Of a stretch of DNA of 64,000 nucleotides, positions 46,839 to 56,235 are shown piece by piece. A program made the position numbers and the translations under genes. The stretch is from NCBI GenBank assembly GCA_043823065.1, contig JBDRBB010000010.1, positions 96,001-160,000 of the forward strand. The letters run 5' to 3'. A model generated the notes under the pieces. That model was given only the letters and a program-made list of their open reading frames with translations. It did no database searches and had not been told where the DNA came from. The stretch is from Pseudomonadota bacterium. GTDB lineage: Bacteria; UBA10199; 2-02-FULL-44-16; DYJF01. Numbering within the stretch: the first letter of the stretch is position 1; the number at the start of each line of letters is the position of its first letter.

Positions 46839-47876
46839 ATGAAAACATTGCAACAATTCGAAAATGAACTCAAAGAAATACCTGCTTCCACAGGTTGGTA
46901 TATTGGCGATCTAGGTGAAGCAAGAGGTAAGCAAGAGCTATATACAAAGCAATCTCCACAGAAGCTTAAGGTTTTGAGACAGCATGCGCTTATTGAGAGT
47001 GCCGTTTCTTCAAACAGAATTGAAGGGGTCACTGTTGACCAGGATCGCGTAAAAGCCGTGATCCTTGGAAGGTCTGCCTTGCACGATCGCGATGAAGAAG
47101 AAGTGCGAGGATATCGCAATGCCTTAAAATGGATTCATGAAAAGAAGCCTGCAATCACTGAAAAGACAATAAAAGAACTCCACAATTTGGCGAGAGGTAA
47201 AATTGGTGATGCAGGCCAATATAAAGCAAAAGACAGTAATGTAATAGAACGTTATGCTGATGGTACATCCAGCATTCGATTCAAAACAGTTTCAACAAAA
47301 GAAACTCCGCAGTACATGAAAGAGCTCGTTTCATTGTGGCAATATCATCTCAAGACAAAAGAGATTCATCCATTAGTTGTATTAGCGGGTTTTAATCTAG
47401 ATTTTCTCTGCATCCATCCTTTTCGTGATGGCAATGGTCGCGTGTCACGCTTGCTCCTTTTGCTCCAACTATATCATTTAGGATATGAGGTCGGTCGATA
47501 CATTAGCTTGGAACGCCTTATCGAAGAAAATAAAGAACGTTACTATGAAACACTAAAGCTCAGTTCCCAGGAGTGGCATGAGGGAAAGCATGATTCATGG
47601 CATTATATTAATTACGTGTTATTCATTATTAAAGAGGCCTACAAGGAATTTGAAGAACGCGCAGGACAGATAAAAGAACCAAAGGGGGCAAAAACCGAAT
47701 TGATAGAAGCGGCGATTCGTTCACTAAAGAGCGGCTTTACTGTTTCTGATCTAGAAAAAGCCTGTCCCACTGTAAGTCGTGATATGATCCGCCGTGTACT
47801 GCATGATTTAAAGAAGACGAAAAAAGTCGAATGCCTTGGACGAGGCCCAGGAGCCACCTGGAGACAGAAAGGGTAA
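46839..47876 (+). CDS. Fic family AMPylase (class II) with C-terminal wHTH
   Basis: HPFRDGNGRVSR; SSNRIEG autoinhibitory motif. Confidence 0.92.
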   Translation: MKTLQQFENELKEIPASTGWYIGDLGEARGKQELYTKQSPQKLKVLRQHALIESAVSSNRIEGVTVDQDRVKAVILGRSALHDRDEEEVRGYRNALKWIHEKKPAITEKTIKELHNLARGKIGDAGQYKAKDSNVIERYADGTSSIRFKTVSTKETPQYMKELVSLWQYHLKTKEIHPLVVLAGFNLDFLCIHPFRDGNGRVSRLLLLLQLYHLGYEVGRYISLERLIEENKERYYETLKLSSQEWHEGKHDSWHYINYVLFIIKEAYKEFEERAGQIKEPKGAKTELIEAAIRSLKSGFTVSDLEKACPTVSRDMIRRVLHDLKKTKKVECLGRGPGATWRQKG

Positions 47877-48080
47877 TACACTTGAATAGGTGTAATAAAG
47901 AGTATAATATACCATTACTAATGGTTGTAAATGGAATTAATGTTAATAATTACAACTATATAGACATTACCGCATTAATCAAAAAACGAGGTACGTAACT
48001 AAGTATGAAAAGCAACATTCCCGACCAAATAACCACTCAACGCGCCTTTCTGAGGGAGTTGTGAAGATAATATAATTATT

Positions 48081-50060
48081 ATGAAAGAGTTGCCAAAACA
48101 TCTTATCAATGATGATGGCTCGCCATTTGAAGCTTCCGAACTCAATACATTGCGCGACACTCTTGATGCCCTAGATGACGCGGGGCGAACAGAGTATCGC
48201 AATCAAAACGCCTCAGCTATCGCGAGGCGCGATACCGCTAAATTTTTAATCGTTTCCGGGCCTGGCACAGGTAAAAGCTACCTATTTCTTGAGAAGATAA
48301 ATTATTGGTATCAAAACAATCAAAATGCAAAAGTCGCTGTGACGAGTTTTGTTCGGAAATTAGTAGCTGATTTACAAAGCGATATTGAAAGTGACGGCAA
48401 ACTCACTGATAAACAAAAAGGTAATATTACCGCGTCAACGCTTCATAAATATGCCCGCAGTCTCGTTGAAAAGAATAGAGGAACAAAAGAATGGCCATTT
48501 AAACCACATTTCCGAATGATCGGACAATCCTGGAAAGAAATAGTTTGGAGTGACGTGCTCGCCTTTTTTTCGAAGATAAGCCACGGTTCCTATACATGGA
48601 AAATATTTGAGAAACAATTACACGACAACAATATTGATGAATCGGAAGAGTTGAATGGTCTCAAGAAAAAGTATTTTAAGCTTTGTCAGTTTTACAATGC
48701 GGCAGGTTTTGCCGATTTGATTTTACATGCCACAAAGGCATTAGAAGAGAACTCTAGTTTGAATGAAAATGATCACTTCATCATCGATGAGTACCAAGAC
48801 TTTAACCTTGCTGAGGAAGCTCTTATCAATCGGCTGGTGGATAATCCGAAAGGCCTACTTGTAGTCGGAGACGATGAACAAGTGTTGTATGAAAAACTAA
48901 AGTCAGGTAAATCCACTCTAATTAGGAATCTGTATAGAAACACAGATTATGCCAACGGAATGCTACCGTATTGTAGCAGAAGTAGCTATCACATCACAAA
49001 AAACGCGGATCATTTTATTCGGCATAATAGGGATACTGACTGCATTGATAAAATTTACTTGCCATTGAAAAGTAATGGCGACGAGCAAAAGGTGCAAGTT
49101 GTCGCGTGTGCCACCGCGAAAACAGCTGTTGATTACATTGAAAAATTCGTGAAAGACCACAAAACTGAAATTGATGAGAGAAAGATGCAGTTGGAGGCTG
49201 GCAAGAAAAAGGATGCTTTCTTGTTGATTTTAACGCCAGCGAGAGAAGTGAAGTTCTATGGGGATGCAAAAAAGAGGATAGAAAATATTGTGGCTAATTA
49301 TCAAACAGAGGTACGGTCGTTTTCGGAGGATTACTATCGGTTGCTAAACTATTATTCTGTTTCAAAATCTCCACGTAATAACTTTACTTTTCGCAAAGTA
49401 CTCCACCACGAAGGTGTAGCCGTAGAAAGAGTACACGAACTGATTGTCGCAGCAATGCAGAATAAGAAAAACTTATGCGATTTGAATGAACAAGAAATAA
49501 AGGACGTGGTAAGAAAATGCAGAAACATAATGACCATACTGGATAGCGAAAAATCTGTCTCAGAGAAGCTGGACCAATTATCCGAAATCATCTCCCTTGC
49601 CGAAAAAACCAATCTTCAGAGTGATTTGGAGAGGAAAACAATTAATCAGAATGAAATAGCTTGTTTAGAACATAAAGAAGATGAAGAGGCCGAGTTGGAA
49701 GAGATTGAAGTTAAGCGAATGGGTGCAGTAGAATTTATGACTATTGTAGGCTCAAAAGGCCTTTCTTCAGATCATGTGATTATAATAGGTTTTGATGATG
49801 TAAATATGAAGTATGTAACAAAAAATGCTTTTTACGTTGCAATGACTCGGGCAAGAAAAAGCTTACATCTACTCACAGCATTAAAATCCGGTGGAGCCAA
49901 AGGAGCTCACCACTACCTTGAACAATTATCTGATGAATTTATAGCCTGCTACAGCTATAAAAAAACGGGCCAAGTTAGAACTTACCTGAGCTGTATAGAG
50001 GGGTTTAAAAAATACCTGAATCGCTGTAGTTCCTGGAATAAAGGAAAGATAAAAAAGTGA
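48081..50060 (+). CDS. UvrD/Rep-like SF1 helicase
   Basis: SGPGTGKS, IIDEYQD, VGDDEQ, SKGL, FYVAMTRARK. Confidence 0.88.
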   Translation: MKELPKHLINDDGSPFEASELNTLRDTLDALDDAGRTEYRNQNASAIARRDTAKFLIVSGPGTGKSYLFLEKINYWYQNNQNAKVAVTSFVRKLVADLQSDIESDGKLTDKQKGNITASTLHKYARSLVEKNRGTKEWPFKPHFRMIGQSWKEIVWSDVLAFFSKISHGSYTWKIFEKQLHDNNIDESEELNGLKKKYFKLCQFYNAAGFADLILHATKALEENSSLNENDHFIIDEYQDFNLAEEALINRLVDNPKGLLVVGDDEQVLYEKLKSGKSTLIRNLYRNTDYANGMLPYCSRSSYHITKNADHFIRHNRDTDCIDKIYLPLKSNGDEQKVQVVACATAKTAVDYIEKFVKDHKTEIDERKMQLEAGKKKDAFLLILTPAREVKFYGDAKKRIENIVANYQTEVRSFSEDYYRLLNYYSVSKSPRNNFTFRKVLHHEGVAVERVHELIVAAMQNKKNLCDLNEQEIKDVVRKCRNIMTILDSEKSVSEKLDQLSEIISLAEKTNLQSDLERKTINQNEIACLEHKEDEEAELEEIEVKRMGAVEFMTIVGSKGLSSDHVIIIGFDDVNMKYVTKNAFYVAMTRARKSLHLLTALKSGGAKGAHHYLEQLSDEFIACYSYKKTGQVRTYLSCIEGFKKYLNRCSSWNKGKIKK

Positions 50061-51547
50061 AAAACCACATAACAGCCACCGATCTCTACAACTTCAAAAA
50101 ATGTCCCTATCGGCCGTATATGGATTATAATGGTGATCCATCTTTGAAGGTTGAGATACATCCTCTCGTAAAACTCCTCTGGGAATCCGGTGTGCAGTAC
50201 GAGGCCAAAGTCATTGAATCTTTTAAGCAGGATCATCCAGATCAATCATTTCAAGCAATCAGTCCAGAGTCTCCCGCCACTGAAGAATTGGCCCAAGAGA
50301 CAATCAAGGCAATGCAAGAAGGGATTGATATAATCTATCAAGGCGTTTTGATGTCAGGCAATAAACTTGGGCGGCCGGATCTCCTGCTGAAAACAAGCGG
50401 TGATTCATCTTTTGGATCACATCACTATTATCCTATGGATATCAAATTAACACGTGTTGATGCGACATGGGACGATGGCAATGAAAAAACAACGATTGAG
50501 CAGTTTTGGCAGGTCTATTTTTATGGAGATCTCTTGGAATCGGTACAAAATAAGCGACCAGAAAAGGGTTACATTTATAAAACTAAATCCCGCATCTTGT
50601 CAGTTCCCCTTTACAAACCCCCGGCAAACTATGAATGGGCACTTAACCAGTTGGAGAATTATTTAGACGGCCATGCATTCGGTGCAGAACCTATAATCAA
50701 TAGCAACTGTGCCATGTGTGAGTGGAAGAAAACATGTATTGATTGGGCTGAAGAGAATCGGGATATCTCGCTTGTCCACTATGTTGGCCAGGCGATGAAA
50801 ACCGGACTGAAGAAGCTCGATATTTCTACCATCGAGGACTTAGCAAAACAAGATCCGAAGGAGTTAACTGAAAAAGTTCGGAAACTGAAAGAAGAAGGCT
50901 TTTTTTGGAAAAGCATACCTGCCAATCTTCCAGGAAAGGTTGTAAAACGTGCTCGTATCTACATCGCTGGCAAACCTGTCATTCACGAACCAATCATTTT
51001 CCCGGAAACCGATGTAGAAATTCATTTTGATATTGAAGATGATCCAACTCAAGACTTTGTCTACCTACATGGGCTTCTGTTTGCAGAAAAAGGAAAGGAA
51101 CCTGAATATCATGCTTTTTTTGCAGAGAAATATGAGGATGAAAAATTAATCACTGAACAACTTATCGGTTTTTTGAACCAATACCCAAATGCTACCATCT
51201 ACCACTACAGCGACTACGAAAAGACGACTATTAAGCGATTGATCAATAAACATAAGATTGAAACCGATATCTTTGAGCGACTCTTTGGAGAGAACGGCAC
51301 GGCCTTTGATTTATACAAAGTCATCACAAACAATACCGACTGGCCTTTGACCAGTTATGGGATAAAGGCAGTCTGCAAGTTTCTTGGCTTTAAATGGGCT
51401 GCAGCAGACGCAGGTGGTGCAGCTTCCATTGTCTGGATGAATGACTATTTGGCTGGCAACAAGGCTATAAAAGATAAAATTCTACGTTACAATGAAGACG
51501 ATTGCCGGGCGACGTATTTTCTGAAAGGCGAATTGGTGAAATTGTGA
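50057..51547 (+). CDS. TM0106-family nuclease (Cas4/RecB-like PD-(D/E)xK + HhH + RNase H-like)
   Basis: KCP..GRPDLL..DIK..QVYFY..CAMCEWKKTC; FDIED..DLY..YNEDDC. Confidence 0.88.
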   Translation: MKNHITATDLYNFKKCPYRPYMDYNGDPSLKVEIHPLVKLLWESGVQYEAKVIESFKQDHPDQSFQAISPESPATEELAQETIKAMQEGIDIIYQGVLMSGNKLGRPDLLLKTSGDSSFGSHHYYPMDIKLTRVDATWDDGNEKTTIEQFWQVYFYGDLLESVQNKRPEKGYIYKTKSRILSVPLYKPPANYEWALNQLENYLDGHAFGAEPIINSNCAMCEWKKTCIDWAEENRDISLVHYVGQAMKTGLKKLDISTIEDLAKQDPKELTEKVRKLKEEGFFWKSIPANLPGKVVKRARIYIAGKPVIHEPIIFPETDVEIHFDIEDDPTQDFVYLHGLLFAEKGKEPEYHAFFAEKYEDEKLITEQLIGFLNQYPNATIYHYSDYEKTTIKRLINKHKIETDIFERLFGENGTAFDLYKVITNNTDWPLTSYGIKAVCKFLGFKWAAADAGGAASIVWMNDYLAGNKAIKDKILRYNEDDCRATYFLKGELVKL

Positions 51548-51634
51548 AACGGCCCGTTTCACCTTTGGAATACAAAAGGCCAACGGCTGGTTGGCCAATT
51601 AGTGAATCTCAAAAAGGGCAACGGGCGGTTGCCC
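51544..51634. repeat. Three 19-bp palindromes (7-5-7)
   Basis: GTGAAAC-GGCCC-GTTTCAC, GGCCAAC-GGCTG-GTTGGCC, GGGCAAC-GGGCG-GTTGCCC. Confidence 0.8.
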
Positions 51635-51730
51635 AATTGATGGGGGCCCTAACCATTTGAACTATCGGCATAATAAGGGCCTTCAGTCAGGGCGGTTAGT
51701 ATGGCAACATGTTGCTCAAAAGGCGGTTTT

Positions 51731-52055
51731 ATGAATTCAATCATTCTTGCCAGAGTTTCAACGAGGGAACAGGAGGAAGGCCACTCCATCGATGCACAGA
51801 TTGCAAGGCTCAAGGAAACGGTCTTATTGGAGCAACACACGCAAGCCGATGAAAGCTTCAACACCACCGTCTCTACCTTGTTAGACCTCGCTTCGCGGGC
51901 ATACGAGCTTTTCGAGAGTTCGAGACCAGAGCAAAAACGCGAACTCATCAACTTGACACTATCGAACTTGCAGCTCAAAGGCCGAACTCTTGAATATCAA
52001 ACAAGAAAGCCATTCTCCGAGTTTCGGAAAATGGCTTCTTGTACTGAATTGCTCC
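51731..52055 (+). pseudogene. Large serine recombinase remnant (large in-frame internal deletion; C-terminus split by att)
   Basis: ARVSTREQEEGHSIDAQ catalytic N-terminus fused directly to a C-terminal segment (EQKRELINL..SNL.L..RKPF). Confidence 0.8.
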
Positions 52056-52067
52056 GAAGGCCGGATT
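52050..52067 (-). repeat. Duplicate of the tRNA-Asn 3' end
   Basis: TGCTCCGAAGGCCGGATT identical to 52250-52267, 200 bp apart. Confidence 0.9.
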
Positions 52068-52207
52068 ACCACACTTCGTGTGGTGCTCCATATGATTTGT
52101 GCTTCGCACCCCATTTTCTATTCTGCAATTCGCCTAACGGCTAGAATTGCAGTTCGTCGTCAAACCAGCCGCCTAATGGCGGCGGTTCTCATCACAACTT
52201 ACAAACA

Positions 52208-52250
52208 AGAAAATAAAAAAAGAGGCAGAAAGCCTCTTTTTTTATTTTCT
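52208..52250 (-). terminator. Terminator after tRNA-Asn
   Basis: AGAAAATAAAAAAAGAGGC..GCCTCTTTTTTTATTTTCT. Confidence 0.8.
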
Positions 52251-52251
52251 G

Positions 52252-52325
52252 CTCCGAAGGCCGGATTCGAACCGGCGACCCAGTGATTAACAGTCACTTG
52301 CTCTGACCAGCTGAGCTACTTCGGA
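52252..52325 (-). tRNA. tRNA-Asn(GTT), CCA not encoded
   Basis: TCCGAAG/CTTCGGA acceptor stem, GTGA-CTGTTAA-TCAC anticodon arm, GGTTCGAATCC T-arm. Confidence 0.96.
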
Positions 52326-52430
52326 GTATGTAAAAAAGCCCGTTTTACGTATATCGTAAAACCTATTTCGTCAATAGGGAAACGCGCTGTTGTTTTCTAA
52401 AAATCAATTTGTTATAACTTGATAAGCCAT

Positions 52431-54080
52431 ATGCCCCAAAAACTTATTATCAAATTAAACGGCAAAAGAATTCACACCCAGCAAGGCGTGCGGGTTGCTG
52501 ATATTTTGCCTTTAAGTCCGCATAAAGGCAAATTTCCAGCTATTGGTATTATAATCAATAAGCGCATTGACGGTCTTTATTACCAGATTCAGTCTGAGGC
52601 TGAAATTGAAACCATTGATCTTACCCAGCGGGAAGGCATGGATATTTATCGCCGCACTCTTTCTTTAATGCTTTGCGCGGCCATGTATGAACTAGATTCC
52701 AAGGCCGTGGTTATGGTGGGGCAATCCTTATCTGATAATTACTTTTTTGAAATCCACAATCATCGTTTAAGCCAAACCTTGCTTAATAAATTAGAAGCCA
52801 AGATGCAAAGTTTTGTTCAGGCAGACATTTCTCTTATGCGCGAGTGGATTATGATTGAAGAGGCTATGGCTATTTTTAAACAAGAATCGCAACAAGACAA
52901 AATCGCTTTGCTTAAACAAAGCAGGCGTTCAGAAGCGCCGTTGGTTAAGATTAACAACTTCCATGCCATAGCATATGGACCAGTTGCCTATACCACCAAG
53001 GTTATGAATCTTTTTAAAATTCATCCCTATGAACATGGATTGATCCTTGGTTTTCCAAATGATGCCGGCCAGCTAGAACGCAAAATTCCTGCCCAACCTA
53101 AACTCTTCAATACTTATAAAGAAACTAAAAAATGGAACAAATTAAGCGGAGCAACTACCATTACTGATCTAAATGAACATTGTATTAAAGGCTCAATTTC
53201 AGAGTTGATTAAAATCTCCGAAGCCCTGCATGAAAAAAAGATTTCAGCCATTGCTGATGAAATTGCCAAGCGCAAAAATATACAATTAATTTTAATTGCT
53301 GGCCCCTCAGGTTCTGGCAAGACAACCTTTTCCAAGCGCCTAGCCATTCAGCTTAAACTGCATGGTATCAATCCTTTATCTTTATCCATTGATAATTATT
53401 ATTTAAGCCGTAGCAAAACTCCCAAACATCCTGACGGCACTTATGATTATGAATGTTTGCAAGCCTTAGATTTACCCCTGTTAAATTGTCAGCTCAAGTC
53501 TATTTTACAAGGTAAAGTCGTTGGTCTTCCCAAATTCAATTTTTCAATTGGCAAACGCGCAACTCAAACTACCGAAGTTCAGTTGGAAAAAGATCAAGTA
53601 ATTATCATGGAAGGAATTCATGGCTTAAATGAAAAACTATCTGCTGCAGTGCCGCGCAAGAACAAATATAAAATTTATGTTTCAGCTTTAACTCAATTAT
53701 CTATTGATAATCATAATCGTATCTTTACCACAGACACCCGCCTGATGCGCAGAATTATCCGGGACAGATTGTTTAGAGGAACAGATGCTACAGAAACAAT
53801 TTCCATTTGGCCGAGCGTGCGCGCTGGAGAATATAAATATATTTTTCCCTTTCAAGAAGATGCAGATGTTATTTTTAATTCAGCACTAACCTATGAACCA
53901 GCATTGATGAAAACCTTTGCTGATCGGTTTTTAATGGAAGTAGATAGAAATCATCCTTCTTTTATGGAAGCAGCCAGGTTATTTCGCTTTTACTCCTATC
54001 TGGTTCCTGTTTTGCCCCGTGAGTTGCCGCCGATTTCTATTTTAAGAGAATTTATTGGCGGCAGTGCTTTTCGCTATTAA
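52431..54080 (+). CDS. Nucleoside (uridine) kinase with ThrRS-like N-terminal domain
   Basis: YRRTL, IAGPSGSGKTT, EGIHGLN, TTDTRLMRR, LREFIGGS. Confidence 0.88.
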   Translation: MPQKLIIKLNGKRIHTQQGVRVADILPLSPHKGKFPAIGIIINKRIDGLYYQIQSEAEIETIDLTQREGMDIYRRTLSLMLCAAMYELDSKAVVMVGQSLSDNYFFEIHNHRLSQTLLNKLEAKMQSFVQADISLMREWIMIEEAMAIFKQESQQDKIALLKQSRRSEAPLVKINNFHAIAYGPVAYTTKVMNLFKIHPYEHGLILGFPNDAGQLERKIPAQPKLFNTYKETKKWNKLSGATTITDLNEHCIKGSISELIKISEALHEKKISAIADEIAKRKNIQLILIAGPSGSGKTTFSKRLAIQLKLHGINPLSLSIDNYYLSRSKTPKHPDGTYDYECLQALDLPLLNCQLKSILQGKVVGLPKFNFSIGKRATQTTEVQLEKDQVIIMEGIHGLNEKLSAAVPRKNKYKIYVSALTQLSIDNHNRIFTTDTRLMRRIIRDRLFRGTDATETISIWPSVRAGEYKYIFPFQEDADVIFNSALTYEPALMKTFADRFLMEVDRNHPSFMEAARLFRFYSYLVPVLPRELPPISILREFIGGSAFRY

Positions 54081-55129
54081 ATATTTCCGCCCAAATGCGC
54101 TGCTTGTTTTTCCATCTTTTCTTCAACCTTTTCCGGAGGAAGTTCAAATAAATGTTTGGAAACTTTTCGTAAGGTGAATGTGCCAAAAACTGTTTTAAGG
54201 ATATAATTGGCAAACATCCAGAGCAGGGTGGCGGCAAAGATCAGCTCTTGTGGTGTTATTTGGCCGGTTGAAAAAATAGAACCAGTTACATAAGGATATA
54301 AAAGCTCAACCATAGCGGCATTGGTAGTGCCCAAGCCACCTGGTGTAATTGGCAAAGTGCCGATAAAAAATACAATGGGTACATTACCTAGAACCTTGGT
54401 AAAAGGAATGTGTACACCAAATGTTAATAAAATAACATACATGGAAATAATAATGGTGAAATGAATTGGAATACGCATGACAGCTAAAATTAGCATGTCT
54501 TTAACTTTAGTTTCTTGAAAAACCCGAAAAGATTGGCGCCCCATTTGTTTTTCTAAAAACCGCCACCTAAAAAGAGGTCTGCCTAAAATTTTTTGCGGCC
54601 AGCGTCGCCAAAAGGCCAGCCAGATGAAAGTGAAGATATAAGCAGCCAAAGCAAAGCTTCTAACAGTATGGCCAATATCTAGTCCCATAACCAGTTGTTG
54701 TTGAAAAAAAGAACCTACTAAAGCCAAATTAATAATCCACAATAGATCAATAAAGATAATCAAAAGAAACACGCCCATGGCTTGAAAGACCGGGATTTGA
54801 TAGCGACGGTTTAAATAATAGGCAAAAGCCACTTGGCTGGCTGGATAGTTAATAATCATGATTAAATAGGTAACAGCCCGGGCCAGAAAAATATCTTTTA
54901 GGTGTACAGTATAGCCGTATTTGCGAAAAGCATAGGTAAAAACCAAAGAGTCGATTACATAAATAAATAAAAAATAACCTAAGACAAAAGCGCCAAAAGA
55001 CCACAAGTTCACATAACTTATAGCTTTTAAGACCTTGGGCAAGGGATAGAGATGAAAAAGATAGATAAAAATTATCAGGGCAAAAACCCAAGGCAATATT
55101 TTTTTAGCATAGTGGATGATTTTTTTCAT
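54077..55129 (-). CDS. Lysylphosphatidylglycerol synthase TM/flippase-like membrane protein
   Basis: Multi-TM protein; LPITPGGLGT. Confidence 0.75.
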   Translation of the reverse strand: MKKIIHYAKKILPWVFALIIFIYLFHLYPLPKVLKAISYVNLWSFGAFVLGYFLFIYVIDSLVFTYAFRKYGYTVHLKDIFLARAVTYLIMIINYPASQVAFAYYLNRRYQIPVFQAMGVFLLIIFIDLLWIINLALVGSFFQQQLVMGLDIGHTVRSFALAAYIFTFIWLAFWRRWPQKILGRPLFRWRFLEKQMGRQSFRVFQETKVKDMLILAVMRIPIHFTIIISMYVILLTFGVHIPFTKVLGNVPIVFFIGTLPITPGGLGTTNAAMVELLYPYVTGSIFSTGQITPQELIFAATLLWMFANYILKTVFGTFTLRKVSKHLFELPPEKVEEKMEKQAAHLGGNI

Positions 55130-55169
55130 TTATTAAGCAACTTTTTTGCTGAAGTTTCGATAATAGGGT

Positions 55170-55285
55170 CAAATTTGAGTCCAAACCTCGGCGAAGGAAA
55201 TAGGGAAGGAGAATCTTCGCCGTCTTTAATCCCCCATCTCCTTTCCTAAATACTAGCCCCTGCTTTTTAAGTAGGGGCTTTTTAT
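55170..55285 (+). ncRNA. Putative sRNA 1 (sigma28-like promoter, hairpin, terminator)
   Basis: GCAA-N15-TTCGATAA at 55137-55163; CGGCGAAG..CTTCGCCG hairpin; AGCCCCT..AGGGGCTTTTT. Confidence 0.45.
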
Positions 55286-55882
55286 TTACATTTTTTTATG
55301 GCCCAAACCCACTAAATATATCTCAGAAGAGGTCTTTCTGGTGGCTTTAGGCCGGACTTCTTCAACTTTTTTAAAGGCTTTTTTGAGCAGTTTTTTATAT
55401 TCTGTTAATTCCTTGCCTGGAAATATTTTAACCAAAAAATTACCATCTTCTACGAGCAAGCCATGACAAATTTCTAAGGCCCGCATAGCTAGCTCATAAG
55501 AATTATAGGCATCTCGAAAAGAAATCCCAGATAGTTTTGGAGATAGATCAGAAACCACTACATCAGCATCACGAAGTAGTCTTAAGCAAATCTGATTAAT
55601 GGCATCAGGAGACATGACATTTCCTAAGATAAATGCTGTATTTTGGGGGATTTGAATACTTAAAGCCTCTGTATCAACACCAATTACATTGCCTTTAGGA
55701 CCCACAATTTTGGATATTTCTTTAAGCCAGCCACCAGGGGCACAACCAATATCAATAACCACATCCCCTTTTTTCATCAGCTTAAAGCGTTTTTGGAGTT
55801 CAGTAACTTTATAGGCTGCTCTGCAGACTTTTCCTTCTTTTTTGGCTTTTTTGTAAAAATGGTCTTTTCGTTGATAGGCCAT
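55286..55882 (-). CDS. rlmE: 23S rRNA Um2552 methyltransferase
   Basis: RAAYK, DIGCAPGGW, SDLSP, KIF, SSEIY. Confidence 0.93.
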   Translation of the reverse strand: MAYQRKDHFYKKAKKEGKVCRAAYKVTELQKRFKLMKKGDVVIDIGCAPGGWLKEISKIVGPKGNVIGVDTEALSIQIPQNTAFILGNVMSPDAINQICLRLLRDADVVVSDLSPKLSGISFRDAYNSYELAMRALEICHGLLVEDGNFLVKIFPGKELTEYKKLLKKAFKKVEEVRPKATRKTSSEIYLVGLGHKKM

Positions 55883-55941
55883 AGCTTTATACGTTTATGT
55901 TTTTGCTGAAAAAAATGCAATTAATTTGATCAGGTATTGAT

Positions 55942-56058
55942 TATGAACTGATGCCTTTCGGCCGACTTTTCTCACCTCCCTCAGACTCTTACGAAACTAT
56001 TAGCAGCTTAGGGGTTGTTGGTCCGGTTCGCAAAGCCGCCCTACGTCATCAGCTCATA
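55942..56058 (-). repeat. Structured repeat family B, copy 2
   Basis: Reverse complement aligns to 4588-4707; has its own terminal stem TATGAGCTGATG/CATCAGTTCATA. Confidence 0.85.
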
Positions 56059-56162
56059 TCTAATTTTACGATGAAATTATTGGGGTTTTTAGCTGAAAGG
56101 TGGGGTATTTACACCTCGAAAAACAGTTGAAAGTCTAAAATCTAAAGTAAAAAGTTTTGTAA

Positions 56163-56205
56163 AATCAATTAGTTAATATTTGTTAAGAGTGGCAAAGAGA
56201 TTGCA
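56163..56205 (+). promoter_or_regulatory. IHF site plus sigma54 -24/-12 promoter
   Basis: AATCAATTAGTTA (WATCAANNNNTTR) at 56163-56175; TGGCAAAGAGATTGCA (GG-N10-GC) at 56190-56205. Confidence 0.75.
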
Positions 56206-56235
56206 TAGTATTATAGTGAATAAAAAGGAGGAAGG

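Larger units (their letters stand above)
43996..52055. mobile_element. Integrative element (serine-integrase type) at a tRNA-Asn 3' repeat
   Basis: TTGCTCC direct repeats at 43996-44002 and 52049-52055; split integrase; Rep, SpoVG, HNH, Fic, helicase and nuclease cargo; visibly different composition. Confidence 0.85.

Noticed and set aside
48081..51547. Gabija system
   Set aside because: The partner lacks the ABC-ATPase/TOPRIM (OLD) motifs of GajA
51544..51634. Mini CRISPR array next to a Cas4-like gene
   Set aside because: The repeats are not identical, the spacers are only 15-19 nt, and no cas1/cas2 or effector genes are present
55126..55236. 36-aa minus-strand ORF (MGIKDGEDSP..) with an SD-like sequence
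   Set aside because: No recognisable protein features and it overlaps the putative plus-strand sRNA; not excluded, but unsupported
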